Shown here: piece by piece, positions 8,210 through 13,091 of the stretch
Layout: the number at the start of each line of letters is the position of its first letter
Numbering within the stretch: position 1 is the first letter of the stretch
NCBI GenBank assembly: GCA_048940445.1
Contig: JBHLON010000063.1
Coordinates: forward strand, 1-13,091
From: Promethearchaeota archaeon
GTDB taxonomy: Archaea; Asgardarchaeota; Lokiarchaeia; Sigyniarchaeales; SOKP01
DNA length: 13,091 nt
Direction of reading: 5' to 3'
Translations under genes and position numbers: made by a program
Notes under the pieces: model-generated
Databases searched by the model: none
What the model was told of the DNA's origin: nothing
What the model saw: only the letters and a program-made list of their open reading frames with translations

Positions 8210-9772
8210 TTAACTATTCAAATGTTCAAACATTTGTTTATTCCTTTTATATAATTTCATGTATTCAGTAAAAAGTTTTCGATATATCTTGGAATTATTA
8301 GGATCTGGCTTAAACTCTTTTTTTACCTTAATTAATTGAGTTGATTTTGAAAAGGAATCCAAAATTCCTAATCCTACCATAGCTATAATCGCAATTCCTT
8401 TTGCTGCGGCCAAATCAGGATCTAGCATTTGAACTATTTCTTTCTCTAAAATATCAGATAAAATTTGGCACCAAGTCTCAGATTTAGCTCCTCCTCCTAT
8501 TATATGGATTTTCTTTGTCTTCCCTACAAGTTTTTCAATAACTTGTAAAGACCACTTAATATTATATGAAACACCCTCAAATATTGCACGTAATAAGTCC
8601 TCTCTAGTGTGATTGAGACTTAGATTATAAAATCCTGCTCGTACATTAGCATCATTAATTGGACTCCTTTCTCCAAACATCCATGGTGTAAATATTAAGC
8701 TTTTGGCTCCTACAGAACTTGAAGTGACTAGAGAATCAATATAATTATATAACTGCTCAGTATTTGATTTATAGATTGCTACTTGATCTTGAAACATTTG
8801 GTTTATTACCCAATCAAGACAAGTTGCACCAGTTTCTTGCTTAGAAATACATAAGTAATTATCTTGAGAGGAACTAATACTCCCAGTATAATGAGTTAAA
8901 TCTTTTAAACGTTCAGATGTATGTACTGCGATCCAATCAGAAGTTCCTAAGCAAATTACGGGTTGATTATCTTTAATGGCTCCAGATCCTATTGCTGCTG
9001 AAGTTAAGTCTCCAGACCCAACAAATACAGGAACATCTTCTTCCAATCCGAGTAATTCTGCAGCCCTTTCAGTTAAATTTCCAACTTTTTCAATTGACCT
9101 TCTGATTTCAGGTAATTTATTCTTATCGATTTTGAATTTATTTAAAATCTTATCAGACCAAATGAATTTATCTGGATTACTATCCATCATCCAAGAAGTA
9201 TGACCTAAATCTCTAGAAGTCACTGCCCTTTGAGTACATTTGTAAATTATAAAGTCCTTAACACTCAGAAATTTATAAGTATTATTATAAATCTCTGGTT
9301 CATGCTCTTTAATCCATAATATATGAGAAATAGGATCCTTTCCATTCATCCCTGGAGCACCTCCGGTTACTTTAAGAAACATGAGCAATTGATTTAAACC
9401 GTAACCTGCGATCTTAACCAATCCTTTTTTATACTTTCGAGTAATGGATGATGCTCGTGTATCGAGCCAACTTATAGATCTCATCAAAGCTTTCCCTTCC
9501 TGATTAATTGGTATTGTACAATTCATTTGACAATCAAAAACCATCGCAATAACATCTTGCTTGTCCACATTAGCATTTTTCAATACCATTTTTGTAGATT
9601 GCTTTATAGCATTCCAGTAATCCTCAGGTTCTTGCTCTGCCCATCCTTCTTTAGGATAATATAATGGATATTCTACTTTTAGATGATGAATTACATTTAA
9701 ATCCAGATCAAAAAGAACCACTTTATTACCCGTAGTTCCAAGATCATGAGTTAGAATATATTGGTTCGGCAT
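8210..9772 (-). CDS. FGGY-family carbohydrate kinase (xylulokinase-like subgroup, substrate uncertain)
   Basis: 520 aa with HDLGTTGNK, GWAEQEP, SWLDTRA, GSGD, LGTS, PWMFGERSP, RAIFEGV and IGGGAKS motifs. Confidence 0.92.
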   Translation of the reverse strand: MPNQYILTHDLGTTGNKVVLFDLDLNVIHHLKVEYPLYYPKEGWAEQEPEDYWNAIKQSTKMVLKNANVDKQDVIAMVFDCQMNCTIPINQEGKALMRSISWLDTRASSITRKYKKGLVKIAGYGLNQLLMFLKVTGGAPGMNGKDPISHILWIKEHEPEIYNNTYKFLSVKDFIIYKCTQRAVTSRDLGHTSWMMDSNPDKFIWSDKILNKFKIDKNKLPEIRRSIEKVGNLTERAAELLGLEEDVPVFVGSGDLTSAAIGSGAIKDNQPVICLGTSDWIAVHTSERLKDLTHYTGSISSSQDNYLCISKQETGATCLDWVINQMFQDQVAIYKSNTEQLYNYIDSLVTSSSVGAKSLIFTPWMFGERSPINDANVRAGFYNLSLNHTREDLLRAIFEGVSYNIKWSLQVIEKLVGKTKKIHIIGGGAKSETWCQILSDILEKEIVQMLDPDLAAAKGIAIIAMVGLGILDSFSKSTQLIKVKKEFKPDPNNSKIYRKLFTEYMKLYKRNKQMFEHLNS

Positions 9773-9872
9773 TATCTTTTTTCACATTTAATTTCAAATA
9801 ATTTAATTACTTAAAAGTTAATACAACTATCTTTTTATAGATTGAGATTAATTGTTCTAATACACGATATAT

Positions 9873-9892
9873 GTAAAAACTTTTATTAAATA
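9873..9892 (+). promoter_or_regulatory. BRE/TATA-like promoter candidate for the GyrI-V4R gene
   Basis: GTAAAAAC followed by TTTTATTAAATA about 50 nt upstream of the ATG at 9940, within the divergent 9773-9939 spacer. Confidence 0.4.
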
Positions 9893-9939
9893 TCATAGAT
9901 ATTTGCTTTTAAATGATTATTTAGTTTAGCAAAATAATA

Positions 9940-10995
9940 ATGACATTAAAAGATTTAGGAATTGAACATAAGGCAATTGACAAACAATTCGTAGCATTTA
10001 TCAATTTTCGAGGCGAAATTTCAGATATTCCAGCAAAAATAGATGAATTGTACGAAAAGATTAAAAAAAATGTTTATAGTCCCGCAATAGCAGTTATTGA
10101 TTATGGAGTTTATACAGAAGGAGGCAAAGATATTGAAATTTGTTTTCCACTTAAAGAGGAAAAAGATCTGAAAGAGGTAAATACTAAATATTTAGATAGT
10201 GTTGACGTGTTGTCAATTATGCACAGAAACTCAGATGATGCTTTGAAAGAAAGTTTCCAAAAAATTCTTGAATATAGACAAGAGCATGTAGTTCTGGGTA
10301 CAGCATGGCTCCGACTTGTGTATCATAAATATAATCAAGAGAATCCTGAGGATAATATGATAGAAATTCAATATAATTTGCATCGATGGGACAAAAGATT
10401 AGAAACAAGTATTGATCAAATTTTAGGAAGTGAGACAAGAAAAGAAATCATGAAAGACCGAGAAAAATCATTTACAATTGAATCTTCTTATGATGATCGT
10501 ATCCAGTGGCTTAAAGAAATGTTAGATCGATTAGATCAAATTACTAATGATGATCAAAAGTATGAGATATTGTCTCGTTGTGCCCATGATTTTTCTCCAA
10601 AACGTATAGCTTATATGAAAGAAATTTATCAAAAAACCGGAAATGTTGATGCTGTTATTAAGGAAATGCATAAAGATAATGCTTGGTATGAAAAACCTAT
10701 TAGAAAAGGGAACAAATTGTATGTTTCAAAGGTACCAGTGAATCAAGAAGGATATGATAAAGCTGAGACTCTTGAGGAAAAAAAGAAAAATTATTGTCAT
10801 TGTCCCTTTATTAATGAAAATTTAGACAAAGGAATTTCTCCAACCTTCTGTTATTGCGGAACTGGATGGTATCGTCAACAATGGGAGGGAATAATTGAGA
10901 GCCCTGTAAAAATAAAGGTGTTAAAATCACTCCTTCAAGGAGATGATATTTGTCAAGTTGAGATTATTTTACCTTCAGATGTTATTAAAGATTAG
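9940..10995 (+). CDS. fusion of an N-terminal GyrI-like ligand-binding domain and a C-terminal Cys-rich V4R-like (DUF6144-type) domain
   Basis: Residues ~1-148 show GyrI-like hallmarks (DIEICFPL, VLSIMHR, RLVYH...IEIQY). Residues ~150-345 contain SRCAH, YCHCP, TFCYCGTGWY and PVKIKVLKSLLQGDDICQVEI, the pattern of V4R/DUF6144-like domains. Confidence 0.72.
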   Translation: MTLKDLGIEHKAIDKQFVAFINFRGEISDIPAKIDELYEKIKKNVYSPAIAVIDYGVYTEGGKDIEICFPLKEEKDLKEVNTKYLDSVDVLSIMHRNSDDALKESFQKILEYRQEHVVLGTAWLRLVYHKYNQENPEDNMIEIQYNLHRWDKRLETSIDQILGSETRKEIMKDREKSFTIESSYDDRIQWLKEMLDRLDQITNDDQKYEILSRCAHDFSPKRIAYMKEIYQKTGNVDAVIKEMHKDNAWYEKPIRKGNKLYVSKVPVNQEGYDKAETLEEKKKNYCHCPFINENLDKGISPTFCYCGTGWYRQQWEGIIESPVKIKVLKSLLQGDDICQVEIILPSDVIKD

Positions 10996-11068
10996 TTTGT
11001 TAAAATTAAAAATTAAAATGGAAAATTTAAAATCTTATAAAAAATAGAACTAAAAGGGAATATACATT

Positions 11069-11215
11069 ATGGATAAAAAATTATTTAGGAAAACATACCC
11101 ATTTATTTGCGCTGAATGTGGAGAATTCACCCATACAAAGCGAGAATATTGTGAAAAGTGTGGAGCTAAAGGTACCATTAATAAAGCTTCAAAAGATACA
11201 TACAACAATATTTAA
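11069..11215 (+). CDS. 48-aa C4 zinc-ribbon microprotein (CxxCG-x9-CxxCG)
   Basis: ATG 11069 to TAA 11213-11215 encodes MDKKLFRKTYPFICAECGEFTHTKREYCEKCGAKGTINKASKDTYNNI, with two CxxCG knuckles. It is locally GC-richer than its flanks, with an AAGGGA SD-like motif (11054-11059) and TATA-like elements upstream. Shorter than any ORF in the track. Confidence 0.8.
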   Translation: MDKKLFRKTYPFICAECGEFTHTKREYCEKCGAKGTINKASKDTYNNI

Positions 11216-11226
11216 GTTGTTGAAAA

Positions 11227-11246
11227 TTTTATAGGTATCTATAAAA
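11227..11246. repeat. perfect 8-bp inverted repeat (possible terminator hairpin or protein-binding site)
   Basis: TTTTATAG-GTAT-CTATAAAA, starting 11 nt after the microprotein stop, in the convergent spacer. Confidence 0.45.
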
Positions 11247-11403
11247 AAGCAATTCAGATGGAATTTTAACTCTTAATTTGTTAGTTTTCAAAGCTAAAGA
11301 AAGATATTAATAGGTTAGTACAGATAACCCAGCTGTGTTTAGAGAATTTAATAGAATGTTTATTAATGTTTCTTAAAACTGATTTACTCTTTTAAAAAAT
11401 GAA

Positions 11404-12459
11404 CTATTCTAAGATATTAATATTGATATCTCTTAAACATTTACAATTGGTCATTTTCATAGCTTTAGTCAAAGTTTTTTTTAAATAATCCATATGAATC
11501 TTAACACCTTCAATTCCACCTCCTACAGCAGCACGAATCAGATCCCTTCCAATTAGAACTGCGTTTGCTCCTAGTGCTAACATTTTCAAAACATCATATC
11601 CCGTTCTAATACCACCATCAGCAAAAATTCGAATATCTCTCCCTAATTCTTTAGAAATTTTTGGTAGAATTTCTGCTGTTCCAGGGGTATGATCTAAAAC
11701 TCGGCCACCATGATTAGAAATAACTATTCCAGAAGCTCCAGCATCCTTAGCGGCTCTAGCATCTTCTATGCACATTATCCCTTTTATTATTACTGGTAGG
11801 GATGTGGCTTGCACTAATTCCGTGATATCTTCCTGAGATTTTCGATAGACTTGTTTATGATGCTTAGCCATTGCGTATGAACCACATCCGTCAATATCTA
11901 CCCCAACAGCGGTGCAATGAGCTTGTTCAGCTTTTTTAAAAAAATTAATGATCATTTCTTGTTCCCTCGGCTTTACAACTTTAACACCCAAACCTCCCGC
12001 ATCAGCAATTGCATCTATTCCATAAGAATTTTCTAGTGAATAATTAATTGAATCTCCTCTCCACCCAATTGTACCTGCATTTTTACAGCCCAAGACGATA
12101 GAACGACAAAATTCTCTTTCAGAAATAACTTCTTCTCCTCCAAAACTATGCACTCCAGCTGTGCTAGCTCCCATAATAGGCATAGATAGTGTTTTTCCAA
12201 AAAATTCATAGTTAGTATCTGGTTCAAAATGCTCACCTATGAGATGCATTTTTAATCGTATCTTTTTTAATGCCTCATAATTATTAAAAAAACTAAATCC
12301 TGCTCCAATTCCTCCGATACCTAGTGGTCTTCCATAGCTTTGTCCTTCGCATAGTTTTGTGGCCTCACCATCACAATTTCTATAAACTGAACATATTCCC
12401 TTCAACCTTTCTCTTGCTTTATTCCTTACACCTTCTAGTGTTAGAGTCTCTTTAGTCAT
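11404..12459 (-). CDS. FMN-dependent alpha-hydroxy-acid dehydrogenase/oxidase (LldD/glycolate oxidase family, N-terminal Cys-cluster subtype)
   Basis: Catalytic SNHGGR, plus IIKGI, VDID, ADGGIRTGYD, LALGA and LIGR. N-terminal C23-x5-C29-DG-x5-C37. Confidence 0.92.
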   Translation of the reverse strand: MTKETLTLEGVRNKARERLKGICSVYRNCDGEATKLCEGQSYGRPLGIGGIGAGFSFFNNYEALKKIRLKMHLIGEHFEPDTNYEFFGKTLSMPIMGASTAGVHSFGGEEVISEREFCRSIVLGCKNAGTIGWRGDSINYSLENSYGIDAIADAGGLGVKVVKPREQEMIINFFKKAEQAHCTAVGVDIDGCGSYAMAKHHKQVYRKSQEDITELVQATSLPVIIKGIMCIEDARAAKDAGASGIVISNHGGRVLDHTPGTAEILPKISKELGRDIRIFADGGIRTGYDVLKMLALGANAVLIGRDLIRAAVGGGIEGVKIHMDYLKKTLTKAMKMTNCKCLRDININILE

Positions 12460-12465
12460 GATTAT

Positions 12466-13091
12466 TTATGACCCTCCGTTTCCTATCATTTTTTTAGGAT
12501 CTAATATTTTATCTAAATCCTCTTCAAATTTTAAATCCATTTCTAGTATTATTTGTTTAATGCTTTTCCCTTCTCTATAAGCTTTTTGAGCAATTTCAGA
12601 AGCCTTATCATATCCAATATATGGGTTCAAACTTGTGGCGATCATCAACAAGTTTTCTAAATCTTGTTCAATCTTTGTTTTATTCACTTCTAAGTCTACT
12701 AAACATTTATTAATAAACGACTCGATTCCCCAATAAATTAATTCGAGTGATTCTAATAAATTATGAATCATAATAGGCTTACAAACATTTAAATCTAAAA
12801 TGCTACCCATCATTTCTGAATTCGTAATAGATATACAATTTCCCATAACATGTAAACAAACCTGAATCAATGCTTCAGACTGGGTTGGATTTATTTTACC
12901 GGGCATAATAGAAGACCCAGGCTCATTTGCCGGTAATTTTAATTCGGAAAGTCCCGCTCTTGGTCCACTTCCCATCCATCTAATGTCATTTGCCATCTTA
13001 ATAAGAGATAGTGCTAAAAGATTAGCAGTATTACTTACTTTAACAATGGTATTATGAGAAGCTATTCCTTCTGCTAAAATTTTCTTAGGTC
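12466..13091 (-). CDS. fumC: class II fumarate hydratase, C-terminal part (5' end outside the window)
   Basis: Signature EPGSSIMPGKINPTQSE, plus ANDIRWMGSGPRAGLSEL and LNPYIGYDKASEIA. The frame stays open upstream of the track's Met at 12996 (PKKILAEGIASHNTIVKVSNTANLLALSLIK) to the window edge. The PTQ-E and SH-N pattern favours fumarase over aspartase. Confidence 0.85.
   Translation of the reverse strand, partial: PKKILAEGIASHNTIVKVSNTANLLALSLIKMANDIRWMGSGPRAGLSELKLPANEPGSSIMPGKINPTQSEALIQVCLHVMGNCISITNSEMMGSILDLNVCKPIMIHNLLESLELIYWGIESFINKCLVDLEVNKTKIEQDLENLLMIATSLNPYIGYDKASEIAQKAYREGKSIKQIILEMDLKFEEDLDKILDPKKMIGNGGS

Noticed and set aside
11018-11047. Tiny ORF MENLKSYKK upstream of the microprotein
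   Set aside because: Nine codons overlapping promoter-like AT sequence, with no supporting signal.
11247-11403. Possible gene remnant in the convergent spacer
   Set aside because: The frames I checked are broken by stops and show no recognisable motif.
587-12236. Short track ORFs (587-793, 2369-2557, 3093-3341, 3171-3401, 3265-3588, 3958-4302, 7089-7307, 7654-7884, 7851-8048, 8976-9203, 10217-10438, 12033-12236)
   Set aside because: All lie within or almost wholly overlap well-supported genes, antisense or in an alternative frame, and show no recognisable motifs. They are shadow ORFs.
12994-12996. ORF-track start of the 176-aa protein, implying a truncated fumC
   Set aside because: This is an internal Met. 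The frame remains open and homologous to the window edge, so the truncation is a window artefact.

Overview
This is an AT-rich prokaryotic window made up of metabolic and housekeeping genes. The intergenic TATA/BRE-like elements, oligo-T terminator tracts and gene content suggest an archaeon, most plausibly Asgard (Lokiarchaeia-like); this is inference only. Left to right: (i) a minus-strand operon of an SCP2-like lipid-binding protein and two paralogous 2-hydroxyacyl-CoA dehydratase/benzoyl-CoA reductase BC-type Fe-S subunits, the second running off the left edge and missing from the ORF track; (ii) a divergent single-chain aconitase and a class I SAM methyltransferase; (iii) an ABC-2 exporter pair whose permease loop carries five N-glycosylation sequons; (iv) an FGGY kinase with an amphipathic insert; (v) a GyrI-like/Cys-rich V4R-like (DUF6144-type) fusion; (vi) an unannotated 48-aa C4 zinc-ribbon microprotein; (vii) an FMN alpha-hydroxy-acid dehydrogenase tightly coupled to a class II fumarase that runs off the right edge. 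I saw no rRNA, tRNA, CRISPR array or mobile element. The best leads are the SCP2 + dehydratase operon, the fumC-hydroxy-acid dehydrogenase coupling, the GyrI-V4R fusion with the adjacent microprotein, and a strand-specific G-U-rich hairpin upstream of aconitase. All functional proposals are untested hypotheses.
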